Below are positions 30,069 to 44,441 of a stretch of 64,000 bases of DNA, in pieces. The position numbers and the translations under genes were made by a program. Source of the stretch: the human T2T-CHM13v2.0 reference genome, Homo sapiens. The notes beneath the pieces are model-generated. The model was not told where the DNA came from, searched no databases, and worked only from the letters and a program-made list of their open reading frames with translations. The stretch lies in NCBI RefSeq assembly GCF_009914755.1, contig NC_060928.1, one strand, 5' to 3'. Position 1 is the stretch's first letter, and every line of letters begins with the position of its first letter.

Positions 30069-31464
30069 TGAGAGGCAACAGCGTGCTGGCAGAACTCACA
30101 GCCCTTGCTCGCTCTTGGCGCCTCCTCTGCCTGGGCTCCCACTTTGGCGGCACTTGAGGAGCCCTTCAGCCCGCCCCTGCACTGTGGGAGCCCCTTTCTG
30201 GGCTGGGCAAGGCCCGAGCCGGCTCCCTCAGCTTGCGGGGAGGTGTGGGGGGAGAGGCGCAGGGGGGAACTGGGGCTGCGCGCGGTGCTTGCGGGCCAGC
30301 GCGAGTTCCGGGTGGGCGTGGGCTCGACTGACCCCGCGCTCGGAGCGGCCCGCTGGCCCCACCGCCCGGCCAGTGAGGGGCTTAGCACCTGGGCCAGCAG
30401 CTGCTGTGCTCAATTTCTCGCCAGGCCTTAGCTGCCTTCCCGCGGGGCATGGCTCGGGACCTGCAGCCCGCCATACCTGAGCCTCCCCGCCCCCATGGGC
30501 TCCTGTGCACCAGAGCCTCCCCAACAGGCACAGCCCCCTGCTCCAGGGCGCCCAGTCCCATGACCACCCAAGGGCTGAGGAGTGCAGGCGCATGTCGCGG
30601 GACTGGCAGGCAGCTCCACCTGCAGCCCCTGTGAGGGATCCACTAGGTGAAGCCAGCTGGGCTCCTGAGTCTGGTGGGAAGGTGGAGAACCTTTATGTCT
30701 AGCTAAGGGATTGTAAATACACCAATAGGCACTCTGTATCTAGCTCAAGGTTTGTAAACACCAATCAACACTCTGTGTCAAGCTCAGGGATTGTAAATAC
30801 ACCAATAGGCACTATGTATCTAGCTCAAGGTTTGTAAACACCAATAAACACCCTGTGTCTAGCTCAGGGTTTGTGACTGCACCAATCAACACTCTGTATC
30901 TAGCTAATCTGGTGGGGACGTGGAGAACCTTTGTGTCTAGCTCAGAGATTGTAAACGCACCAAACAGCGCTCTGTCAAAACAGACCACTGGGCTCTACCA
31001 ATCAGCAGGATGTGGGTGGGGCCAGATAAGAGAATAAAAGCAGGCTGCCCGAGCCAGCAGCGGCAACCCTTGAGTCCCCATGCACACTGTGGAAGCTTTG
31101 TTCTTTCTCTGTTTGCAATAGATCTTGCTGCTACTCACGCTTTGGGTCCACACTGCCTTTATGAGCTGTAACACTCACCGCGAAGGTCTACAGCTTCACT
31201 CCTGAAGCCAGTGAGACCACGAACCCACCAGGAGAAACGAAAACACGCCGCCTTAAGAGCTGTGACACTCACCGCGAAGGTCTGCAGCTTCACTCCTGAG
31301 CCAGCGAGATCACGAACCCACGAGAAGGAAGAAACTCCAAACACATCCGAACATCAGAAGGAACAAACTCTGGACATGCCGCCTTTAAGAACTGTAACAC
31401 TCGCTGCGAGGGTCCGCGGCTTCATTCTTGAAGTCAGACCAAGAACCCACCAATTCCAGACACA
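30069..31464 (+). mobile_element. LTR12C-like (ERV9) solo LTR, full length ~1.4 kb
   Basis: Starts tgagaggcaacagcgtgctggcag and ends caattccagacaca. GC/CpG-rich 5' half, tandem ccaat/ctagct repeats, 4-bp TSD ccag/ccaa. Confidence 0.95.
30695..31070 (+). promoter_or_regulatory. LTR12 U3 enhancer/promoter: CCAAT (NF-Y) array, GATA site, AATAAA TATA-like box
   Basis: Repeated accaat boxes, then gggtggggccagataagagaataaaagc. Activity inferred from ERV9 LTR literature, not shown for this copy. Confidence 0.6.
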
Positions 31465-33615
31465 CCAAGTATTCGAGGGGACTGAGGCAGGAGAATGGCA
31501 TGAACCCGGGAGGCAGAGCTTGCAGTGAGCCGAGATCGCCTCACTGCACTCCAGCCTGGGCGAGAGAGTGAGACTCCGTCTCAAAAAGAAAAACAAAAGC
31601 ATTCTTTAACACAGATAAAGTGACTGTGAAAGCAAGCACATAAAAACAAGAAATACAAATAAAAGAAAAAAATACAGTGGGAAAGAAACAAATTCCCCTC
31701 AGGTGTGCGGGAGAATGGACCATGCCCATTCAAGATCTCAGTAACCATGTGTAGTCAATCTAGAGGTAAAGATGCCTGAGAGAGTGGGTATAGGAGATGA
31801 AGACATAGCAGTAGCCTTACAAGTCCGATGTTACCACCAATATCATCTTCCATTGTGACAGTAATATTTTCACTGTAACTAGAATTCACACCAGTCAAGA
31901 AGCTAATCAAAACAAAGATGCCAAAAGCTCCATTTTTCAGTCTGGGCTTTTATTCAATTTAATTCTTTTAAATATTCCTTGCTTTTGAGTATTTTTATTC
32001 AACCATTGTTAATTTACCAATTTCACAATTTAACAAACTCTTCTGGAGTAAATGTATAGTATTAGTGAACTAGAATCTGAACAGATTTCTTATTCTCCCT
32101 CAAAACACTGAGCCAACAAATGAACTTTAATTAAATTATGCCATGACTTAACATATTTAACTATTATATTGTACTGGAATGACTCAAAGGGTGCAACAAC
32201 AAAGCAATTGTGTTTTGGCCTCTCATTGCCTATTTAATTTTTTTTTTACTGGAGTTAATTTTTTCCTTGCTTGTGAATAAAAGCTTAAGAATGACCTATA
32301 ATGCTTGTAATTATTCATAGGCAGTATCATTCTCTTTTCTCAGTTATGCTCATAAAACCTGTGTAAGTTCAGTATTTTAAATGCCCAGACTTGAGAATTC
32401 CAGTTTCATAGCAGAGATATGGAGCGACCAAAAGAGCATAGCTTCCACACTTATATAAAGGAAAATGCCAGAAAAACTGGAAATATTAGCAACTTTTCTC
32501 ACACACATTAGATAAATGATATTTTAGGCGAAACAACTAATCTGAAGTCAGCAAAAAGACAGACACCTGCAGGGAGAAGCAGGACCTGATCTTACATATA
32601 GTAAAGCTTGCATTAATATCGTATTTGGCAGTAAAATATTTATAAGATTTTAAGATATTTTATTTATAAATTGAAAAACTCATTAAAACTTAGCAATTTT
32701 TATCAAAATTTAACACATTTCATTGTTTCTTTTCAGACTCATTATTTATAAATATAATAAACCCAGACAATTAAGTTATTTTTTACAACTTGCAACTCTT
32801 TATATTTATTAAGGTTTTGATTTTCACTGCTTTCTCTCACATGCAGTGTAAATTTATGAATTTACTAGTCCGAATTATCCTTGATAAATAAATCACAATC
32901 TACTGCCTTGCATACAAACTTTTCTGCCACTGTTGATTTTACTATAGTCAATTATTCATACTAACTACATTTTTGGTTCAAAATAACCAAAGAGAAATCT
33001 AAAGAAACCAAAATCTAAAGAGAAAACTGGGAGGTGGGTGTTTGGTAATCATCTCTTACCCAAAGCATTTTAGCAGACCAATAAGACTCGTAAGCATACA
33101 AGATATAATGTCTTAAATATACCCACCTTCCTTGTACGTCTTAGCGGCAAATATGAACATAACATGAGCCATAGAATAAGCACTCTGTTACATAATAAGC
33201 AAATAACACACACACACACAGGCACAATTACTTGGTGACCAAGGTTTTCATATTTTTATCTAACTTAAAAAGCATTTGTTCATCAAAAGAATATTCATTA
33301 GTAAACTTTATTTAACATAAATTTAAGTTCTTAAGGATCTTGGAAATTATATTTGAGTACATATGTTTTTGAACCACTCTTCAGATAAAATGTTATCATA
33401 ATTAAAAATCAAATTACTTCAATAAAGTTTAATATTTTTCAAATCTATAAATATTACAGAGACATTTTCTTACCTCATTAAGTAAACCAATATAGTAAGT
33501 TGAAGGTTTCAGTAGATTAACCAGTGTCTCCATGTGAAATACAAATCTCACTTTTTTAATGCTGTATTACACTGTATACAGATAAACCCAAAGGAAAATA
33601 ATACAACTATTTCTA

Positions 33616-33842
33616 GTTGCGCATGGTGGCTCTCGCCTGTACTCCCAGCACGTTAGGAGGCCGAGGAGGGTAGATCAGCTGACATCAGGAGTTCGAGATC
33701 AGCCTTACCAACATGGTGAAACCCAATCTCTACTAAAGATACAAAAATTAGCCTGGTGTGGTGGCGGGTGTCTGTATCCTAGCTACTTGGGAGGCTGAGG
33801 CAAGAGAATCGCTTGAACCCAGGAGGTGAAGGTTGCAGTGAG
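33616..33842 (+). mobile_element. AluS, 3'-truncated
   Basis: Alu sequence stops at ggttgcagtgag with no normal 3' end. Confidence 0.88.
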
Positions 33843-35276
33843 AATAAGAAGAAATGAGTAAGAAGAAATGAAATAAACCAGCATCAGAAGAAATTAAATA
33901 AACCAGATTAAACAAAATAGATTCAGAGATTCACGTGCTCTCCTAAGATTTGTGGGAGATTGGCTTTTTCTAAGTAATGCTGAGACTTTATTGTAAGGTT
34001 GCATAGAGCTCATTAGGCAAGAAATTCTTGGAATCTCCTTTTGGTTTATAGCAATTAGCTGTTTGAATACAGCCTTATTTTTTTGTAGCAATTAACTTTG
34101 TGGAAAAATCCCCTGTTAAATTATCTTTGAATAACATTCACAAAACTATCAGTAGTTGTTTTCCTATAACAAGGTCTTCATAATTTCTTTGACCTTTTTG
34201 TTGTTGTTGTTACAAAATATCTTCCCATGTACAAGGCCAAGTTCTCATTGCTGCTGAAGTAAGTCAGGGACTATAAGGACAGGGGTATAAATGTATTATG
34301 TATGCATTTTCCTCCCTCTTGTGAGTTAGCTGTGAAAAACAATGAGGTATTCTGACTGCCACAAATCAGCTTGCGACTTGCCATTTAAATACTATTTCTT
34401 ATGAATGCTGTATATCTTAGAAGAGGGAAATCAAATAATGTCCTTTTCTATATTGGCAATTTAATTCATATTCATGAGTCCTCAAAAATTATTTTCAAGT
34501 TGTTAAGATAGATTGGGCCTGATTATTCCAAAGAGAATAGGCACATCTCCTAATTATTAAGATATTCAAGTACAAAAGAATGTCATATATCTATCCATAT
34601 CCATATCTGTATTAGTTTATATCTATATGCAGCCAGCTACTCATATCTACCAGAGCTGATCTGGAATACCTCCTCATGGTAAGACAGTTTTTCTCTTCAC
34701 TCCCTTTGCCATTATGACTCCCCAGTAGTGATAGGGTTACCATCACCTAGGAATAGAGAAATACACGTTTTTTTCCTTTCAGTCAGGAAGTAATGGAAAG
34801 CCCACCTGTTCACTTCAACTGCACTTTGGAAAGAATAGGAAGACAGAAGCAAGTTAGGAGATTAAATGCCAGCATCTTTTACCACCAATCTGGATAACAA
34901 CTTTGGGGAGTCTGTATGCAGCTCAGCAACATCTAGATAAATATGACAGGATGCCTAAGCTTGTCAAAACCAAAGGCCTGTCTCTCAAACACACCTTGTT
35001 TTGCATACCTCTTGAAGAAACCTAACATCAGATCAGAATTATGCTCAGATGGAAGTGGACGGATGAATTGAAGGCAGTGTTCTTTGTTCTTGTGTCCTGT
35101 AGAGGATGTCAGGATCATTCGTGGTTAAAGTTCCTGCATCTGTGGTGTGGTGAGAAAATATGGAAGTATTGAGATGGTCAGTAGACCAGTGGAGGATCAA
35201 TATAACCATGAAGGTCTGGGTTTGAACAAAGAGAAGGTACGGGACAAAGACTTCTCAAAACACAGCAGATGTCTGC

Positions 35277-35631
<355 letters not shown>

Positions 35632-38244
35632 TTAAAAAAGGGGTCCTGAAGTCAAAGAGGATCTTAGGCAGAAAACATCACATTGAAAACCAGACAGCAC
35701 CTGCACCTCCCTCCTCCACAAGATTGCAAAGACCACATCTACCTGCATACCATCTTAGAGAAGAACATGAGAAGGCTGAGATAGTCTGTCTCTAATTTTA
35801 TGTTTAACATGATGCTCTAAACATCATGTTACTTTACTTTATCATATACTTTACTTCAAATGAAGTAAAGTATAACAAGTACTTTAATATATTTCTTCTG
35901 TATAATTTTGGATTCATTTTTACCTTGACAAATTAAGGTAAAAGAGTCCAAGACATTTCAGAAAGAAGATTTTTTGACAGGATGAGATATTTAAACTGAA
36001 AGAAGCTGAAATGCTAGTACATTTTAAATCTCTTCTCCCCCTCAACCACTACTCAGTGATGTAGGGCTCATATTAAATAAGTTTAAAAATGGATGAAGCT
36101 GCCTTAATGATGACGGATGTAAATTTGTGATCTCATTATATAAATATAAAATGGAAGGTATAAGAAATTTGTGTATATGTTGGCAGATAAAGGAAGATAT
36201 ATATTTTAGAAGAAAGTTTTTTGAAAAATTATTTATAAACAAAAATTCTCTGAAAGGAACATTTAGAAACACAGAAATCCACTCAGAGTTAAACATTCCA
36301 TATATATTGTGTTATAATATTATTGGGAATACTGTTGATGAGCAATAATACTATAATTCAGCTAATTTAATAATTTAAGCTACAAAATTACTGACATTTT
36401 AGTAGCCCATCCTTGTTCATACTTCATGTAAATTTAGTCTCCTTTCACACTAGCTGATAATTATGTTCTGAGCTATTTGTAGGACTTCCTTTGTGTCTTT
36501 GAGGGAGCATACTAGTTCAGCTTCTCTGTGATTAATTAATGCTGTGTCTGCAGGCATGGTACTAGATCTGGTGTCTGCTGACTATACTTCAGAATCATTT
36601 CCAACACACTACCTCACCAGCAAGTTCTTGGAATATAATTTCCAAGCCCAACTCAGATTAAGACAAACTCTTTAGAAGGATAAGCCTTCCTCACATCTGG
36701 AGTGCCTGGGAAGTACAGCCTAAATACACTGGTATGCATATTTCTTTTACTGCAAGTTGAAGATGATTTTGCAAAGTTGCCAGTATAGATGAACCAGAGG
36801 AAGACCTTTTATGTAATTTATATGTTTCCTTATACCACATGTGCAGACAGCACAACAGGCTTTATTAGTAAGTAAGAGAGTTACGCATAGAGAAGTTCCC
36901 TTTCCCAAATATTCTCTTTTTCACTATTGTCCCCACTTCCTTCTTCTTTTGCTGTCTTTTAAACCCCTCGACACCACTTCAATCTAGTGTCTTTTCGTCA
37001 TTGGAAATGTTATCTCTTCCTATGCTAACAAAAGAAACTCTTCTAAATTCCAAAATGGCTCCCCTAATAGAACAGTGAGGAGTGCACATGTCTTAGTTCA
37101 ACTCTCCACACAAGGCTTAAGTAAGTGAGAATTTTCAGGCATAAACTTAAATATGGACACCATTAAATAGATTCTTAAATGTTGCATATTAAACTGTTTA
37201 CTTTCCTGCATATGGATCTGATTTGGTGTGAACATTCTCAGATGATTTCTTAGACACTTAATGTTACAAGCACCATAACGTACTGTTGTAATTAGTGGTT
37301 AAGAATAAAAATCAATGATCCTTATTACAAAGACTAAGTGATTAAAGAGAAGCTAACAACAGACTTTGTCTTAGTGTTTTGGTTTCCTTTGTAAATAATG
37401 ACAGGAAGTGACACACATCAATGACTCATGTCACTGCCTCAATATTCACAAGTCAGGGCAGCAGCAGGACTATAAGTCACAATTTGAATTCTAAATACCA
37501 TTACCGATGTTGCTCTATAAGCAAATAAAGAATCATTTTTTGGCTTTCAAATCTAATATTTTTTAAATTCCATATTTACTTTTATATGAACATGATACTC
37601 TGAAGGTTCAAATTAAATAAATAACATGTACTTTCATGTATTTTTCATGTATAAATTTGTGTCATTTTTACCTTGAGAAATTGTAAGTTAATAATGATGC
37701 CTTAGTATTTATTTAAATAGCATTATAATTGGTATAAAAGATTCTCTGGTCATATTGTATGTACATAAAACAACAGTCAAAATAATAGCTAGAAATAGCA
37801 ACAGACTGAAAATGGCTTAAGCAAATAACAAACCAAAAAAAATTAAAAAGCAAGAAAAAAATATAATATATTCATTGGCATAACTGGGCAGATTACCTTC
37901 AGGAGTGACTGGATATGCGGCTTAAACGATGTCGTCAGTACTCTCTCTATTAGATTTATTGGTGGTAAGATCTGACCTTATGCTGGTAGATTCAGGTCTA
38001 GTAGAAAGGGCTTCTCTACAACAGATGTCTTATTTTGGAGAGGATTTCTCACTGGCTTTTATTGGCCTGCCTTAGCCTTTGTGTCAACTCCACATTGATC
38101 ACCGTAAATGGAAATATGCAAGGTCACAGAGGCATTGGTAAAGCACCAATTCAGAGTAAGAAAATAATAATTTCCAATGAAAATTAGAGCACTATTACCA
38201 GAGGGAAGGAAGGCAGATAGTAGGAAGGAGAGAATGCCACTATT

Positions 38245-38509
38245 TTTATTTATCCACTTATTCAATCCACAGTTATTTATTGTATGTTTATCATGAACAA
38301 GACATGATTCTTGATACTGGGGAATAAGCAGTGGCTTAAACAAGAAAGTCTCTGCCCTCTTGAAATTTTCGTTTGGTTGAGGAGAGACAGTAAGCATATA
38401 AATACTTAAATATCACATAATAGATAAAGCATAGATAAGGGCTATAAAAAAAGTAAAGAAATAGAGAGTGGTGAACAGCATTATGTTAAACGAGGTGGTC
38501 ATTAAACAG
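38245..38509 (-). mobile_element. L2 3' fragment (target of the Tigger1 insertion)
   Basis: ttattcaatccacagttatttattg...gatactggggaataagcagtg...ctctgccctcttgaa...ggagagacag. Confidence 0.6.
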
Positions 38510-40546
38510 TACAGGCACATCTTATTTTACTGTGCTTCACTTTATTGCACTTCACAGATACTATATTTTCTTACAAAATGAAGGTTTGCAGCAACCCTGC
38601 ACTGAGGAATTCCATCAGCTTCATTTTTCCTACAGCATGTGGTCACTTCCTGTCTCTGTCACATTTTGGTAATTCTCACAATATTTCAAAAGTTTTCATT
38701 ACAATTATATATGTTATGGTAACCCATGATCTTTGATGTTACTATTGTAATTGTTTTGGGGCACCATAAACCTCACCCATAGAAGACCGCAAAATTAATC
38801 TCTAGATGTTGGGTGTGTTCTGACTGCCCCACCAACCAGCTATTTCCCCGTCTCTCTCCCTCTCCTCGGGCTTCCCTATTCCCTGAGACACAACTATATT
38901 AAAATTAGGCCAATTTTTTTAATAACCACACAATTGCTTCTAAGTGTTCAAGTGAAATAAGTAAAAAGCTAAAAAGGATGAGGAAGGCCTGGCCAAAGCC
39001 AAGATAGGCCAAAAGCTAGGCCTCTTTGCCAGTTAGGCAAGTTGTGAAAGTGAAAGAAAAGTTCTTGAAAGAAATTAAAGTGCTACTCCAGTGAACACAG
39101 GAATGGTAAGGAAGCAAAACAGCCTTATTGCTGATATGAAGAAAGTTTGAGTGCTCTGAATAGAAAATCAAACCAGCCACAACATTCCCTTAAGTCAAAG
39201 CCCAATTCAGAGAAAGCTCCTAACTTTATTCAATTCTATGAAGGCTGAAAGAGGTGAGGAAGCTGCAGAATATAAGTTGGAACCTAGCAGAGATTGTCTG
39301 AAGTGGTTTCAGGAAAGAAGCCATTTCTGCACCATGAAAGTGCAAGGCGAAGCAGCAAATGCTGATGTAGAAGTTGCAGCAAGTTACACAAGGATCTAAC
39401 AAATTGGCGAAGGTGGTTACCCTAAACAACAGATATTCAGTGTAGGCGAAATAGTCTTATATTGGAATAAGATGCCATCCAGGACTTTCATAGCTAGAGA
39501 GAAGTCAATGCCTGGCTTCTTAGCTTCAGGGACAGGCTAACTAACTTGTTTGGGATTAATGTAGCTGGTGACTTTAATTGGAGCCAATGCTCATTTACCA
39601 TTTTGAAAACCCTAGCGCCCTTAAGAATTAATATAAATGTACTCTGCCCGTATTCTATAAATGAAGCAACAAAGCTTGAATGACAGCACATCTATTTACA
39701 GCATGATTTGCTGAATATTTTAAGCAACTGTTGAAAGCTACTGCTCAGGAAAGAAAAAGTTCTTCAAAGTATTCCTACTGGTCATTGACATTGCACCTAG
39801 TCATCCAAGAGCTCTGATGGAGATGTATTAGAAGATTAATGCTTTATCTCGCCTGCTAATACACCATCCATTCTGCAGCCCAAGGATCAAGAAGTAATTT
39901 CAACTTTCAAGTCTTATTATTTAAGAACTACATTCTGTAAGGTTATAGCTATCATAGGTAGTGATTGCTATTATGGATCTAGGCAAAGTAAATTAAACAT
40001 CTTCTGGAAAGAACTCACCATTCTAGATGCCATTAAGACGTTCATGATTCATGGGAGGAGGTCACAATATGAACATTAACAGGAGTTTGAAAAAAGTTAA
40101 TTTCAATCCTCACGGATGACTTTGAGGGTTTTGAGACTTCAGTGGAGAAACGTAACCACATTTTCAGATGGGGTGAAAATAGCAAGGAAACTAGAAGTGA
40201 ATACTAAAGGTATGACTGAATTCCTGTAATCTCATGGTCAAACTTTAATGTATGAGGAATTGCTTCTTATGGGTGAACAAAGAAAGGGGCTTCTTGAAAT
40301 AGAATTTACTCCTGGTGAAAATACTAAGAAAACTGTTGAAATGAAAACAAAGGTTTTAGAATATTACATCATAAACATAGTTGATAAAGCAGCAGCAGGA
40401 TTTGAGAGAATTGACTCCAGTCTTGAAAAAGTTCAACTATGGATAAAACACAATCAAACAGCATTGCATGCTACAGAGGAATCTTTTAATGGAAGGAAGA
40501 ATTCATCTTTTGGCAAGCTTCATTGTTGTTTTATTTTAAGAAATTG

Positions 40547-41152
<606 letters not shown>

Positions 41153-41777
41153 TTACTGCAGCGACCCCAAACAAACAACCATCCTCATCAATCAGCAGCC
41201 ATCAACACTGAAGCAAGACCCTCCACTAGCAAAAAGATGAGAACTCACCGAAGGCTCAGATGATCCTTAGCACTTTTTTAGCAATAAACTATTTTTAATT
41301 GAAGTATATACATTGTTTTTGTAGACATAATGCTATTGTACACCTAATAGACTGCAGTATAGTATAAACATAACTTTTATATGTACTGGGAAACCAAAAA
41401 AATTGAGTTGCTTTATTGTAATATTTGCTTTATTGTAGTTGTCTGGAATGGATTCTGTATATCTTTAAGTTATATCTGTATTCAGAGAAGAATTCGTAAC
41501 AATATTTCATTTAGGAACTACTATTTTTTCAGTTGTAAATTAAAATGATCTAAATCTAGAGGACAAACGTATTTCTACTAATTTAAAAAGAAATATTTGA
41601 ATACATGTATGTTGGTTTCTCTGTGTGTTTGTGTTTGTACATGCATATATTCCCATATATATCTATTTACATGTGTGTGAATGGGGATTTAATATATGAG
41701 CTTATGTATTAAAAATCGTACCATGAACTATCTTCAGCATTGATGTGTTTCTTAGTGAGTTAATAAATTAATTATGC

Positions 41778-42240
41778 TGATGTAAAAGAGGCAAAATTTT
41801 ACCTCTACCCTATAGGGATTTTCTTATTAGTGAAACCTGATAATTAAATGGACATATGACAGATCAACAAAAGAAAAGCATACAAGTTTATTTAATACAA
41901 GTTTTACTTGACACAGAGCCTTCATAAGGAAATGAAGACCTAAAGACGCAATTAGAGTTGAACAGTTAAGTACTGCATTCGACAAAGTGTAGCAAAATGT
42001 GAAAATGTAACAAGGAAAAGGGGCTGTGGCTAGGGTAGATAATTGGGTGGAGAAGTTCCCAGAAAGGTACTTCCAGGGTTAGTCTAATAATGTTTGTTCG
42101 TATACTTTTTATTTTCTGCCTCAACTTCCTGTCTTTAATGATAAAAATGATACTTTCCTCTAATACAGGGAGACTCTTTTGCATGGAATTTCCTCTCCTG
42201 CTTTTAAGAGACAGAATGTATGTCACAGTGATCTTCTTGC
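41778..42240. mobile_element. ERV1-class (MER4-group-like) fragment
   Basis: agaaaagcatacaagtttatttaatacaagttttac...gagccttcataaggaaatgaagacc recalled from MER4-group elements. Subfamily uncertain. Confidence 0.5.
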
Positions 42241-42244
42241 ACCT

Positions 42245-43038
42245 TGGAGAACTTTTCTGTCTAGCTAAAGGATTGTAAACACACCAATCAGCACTCTGTG
42301 TCTAGCTAAAGGATTGTAAATGCATCAATTAGCACTCTATAAAATAGCACCAATCAGCACTCTGTGTCTAGTTAAAGGATTGTAAATGCACCAATCAGCA
42401 CTCTAAAAACGCACCAATCAGCATTGTGTCTAGCTTAAGGTTTGTAAACGCACCAATCAGCCCTCTGTAAAAACACACCAATCAGTGCTCTGTGTCTAGC
42501 TAAAGGTTTGTAAACACACCAATCAGCACTCTGTAAAAACGCACCAGTCAGTGCTCTGTGTCTAGCTAAATGTTTGTAAATGCACCAATCCGCACTCTGT
42601 AAAAACGAACCAATCAGCACTCTGTAAAATGGACTAATCAGTGGTCTGTAAAATGACCAATCAGCAGGACTTGGGTGGGCCAAATAAGGGAATAAAAGCT
42701 GGCCACCAGAGCCAGCAGTGGCAACCTGGTTAGGTCCCCTTCCATGCTGCGGAAGCTTTGTTCTTTTGCCCTTCACAATAAATCTGGCTGCTGCTCACTC
42801 TTTGGGTTCTCACCACCTTGAAGAGCTGTAACACTCGCTGTGAAAGGCAATGGCTTCACTCCTAAAGTCAGAGACGTTGAACCCACCAGAAGGAAGAAAC
42901 TCTGGACACATCTGAAAATCTGAAGGAATAAACTTCGGACACACCATCTTTAAGAGCTGTAACACTCACCACGAGGGTCTGCAACTTCATTATTGAAGTG
43001 AGACCAAGAACCCACCAGAAGGAACAGTTGTATATCAC
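42245..43038 (+). mobile_element. LTR12 (short type, LTR12F-like), 5' end missing
   Basis: ttggagaacttttctgtctagctaaaggattgtaaa, about a dozen ccaatcagcactctg-type units, gaataaaagctggcc, R/U5 with aagagctgtaacactc. Confidence 0.92.
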
Positions 43039-43575
43039 AATATATAATTATCATCTTAATAGTAACACTATCCTTTAAATTATTAATTTTTAAAATAACC
43101 TGTTAAGTAATTCAAAGGATTTTTTTCAAAGTCCGTATAGTCCTATTTGAGTTTATTCTTCATTTATTTTCAGGCCTTTTGTTAACAACGTTTGTTATTC
43201 CTAAATAATTTCATGTAAGTGCTCTCAATTGACCTCCCATTCCAAACATCTTTGGAAGTACTTGCTACTTCACCATTTTGAGATGCAGTAAATTATTAAG
43301 TGTATGCTTTATTCTCAGAGAATTATCCACGAATAATTTTGCAGGAAGCTGATGTCTACTAGGAGGGCTCATTAACAGCCAGACAAATAATAGAGAATCT
43401 TTCTGATTCTGTTATTTCATTCTTGATACTGTTAGACAAGGGAATTAGTGTTTGAGGTTCTGTTCTTCTCAGCACCATGCTGATTATTCAATAACTAATG
43501 TCTCTGCAATTATTCCTCCTGAAGTTATAAAACAGAGACATTCTAGGAAAGTTTACCCACCCACCCCTACTCTGC

Positions 43576-43625
43576 AAAAACAAAAACAAAACAAAGCAAA
43601 AACAAAACAAAACAAAACAAAAAAC
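43576..43625 (+). repeat. (CAAAA)n simple repeat
   Basis: Direct inspection. Confidence 0.85.
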
Positions 43626-44147
43626 CCTGAATGGTCACAGGTGTCCCCTGTTAAATGGAAGATTCACACAGTGGGAACGGTTCACATGAAGTCTGGCTTG
43701 TTAGCTTCTTCAGAGTTTAAAAGGATGTTTGTAGACATCTAAAAAAAGTCTTTTCATTACATCAGTTAATCTGAAAATTTGCTGCAGTATCTTTCACTTA
43801 CTTTCTTCTGTATTGTTTACTGTTGTTCCAATGTGTCTTATTGAGATAATGATTTAGGAGTCAAATAATTTATGTACCTTTCTATTCATTCATTCATTTA
43901 TTCAATACCTACATAGTTTGAGAGACTTAGACAAAGTAATGGTACAGAAAGATGAGTAAGACACCCTACTTACTTTCAAAATTCAGAGTGTAATGGAGAA
44001 ACATGGACATAAGTTAGTTACCATAATGCAAGAGAGAACATAAAAAGAAAGATAATATAATGGGTATTTTTGAGGTGTTTGCTCAAATCACAATTTTCGG
44101 AGAATTGCCTTTTATCCACGTGCATCCCCACAGTCCCACTGTTGTGA

Positions 44148-44441
<294 letters not shown>

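Larger units (their letters stand above)
29901..31596 (+). mobile_element. AluY split by an LTR12 insertion (Alu parts 29901-30068 and 31465-31596)
   Basis: Left part ends gcctgtagtcccag. Right part resumes ccaagtattcgaggggactgaggcaggagaatggc. Outer TSD aaaagggttcttt / aaaagcattcttt. Confidence 0.92.

Noticed and set aside
29969-30702. Cluster of overlapping 60-145 aa ORFs
   Set aside because: They lie in GC-rich LTR12C/Alu sequence where stop codons are scarce, and show no recognisable domain.
32395-34200. Possible L1M 5' fragment and MER4-group internal sequence
   Set aside because: The resemblance is too weak to call family or boundaries without a Dfam search.
42260-42665. Repeat-spacer array superficially like CRISPR
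   Set aside because: These are the normal LTR12 U3 tandem CCAAT repeats in a eukaryotic context, with no unique spacers or cas genes.
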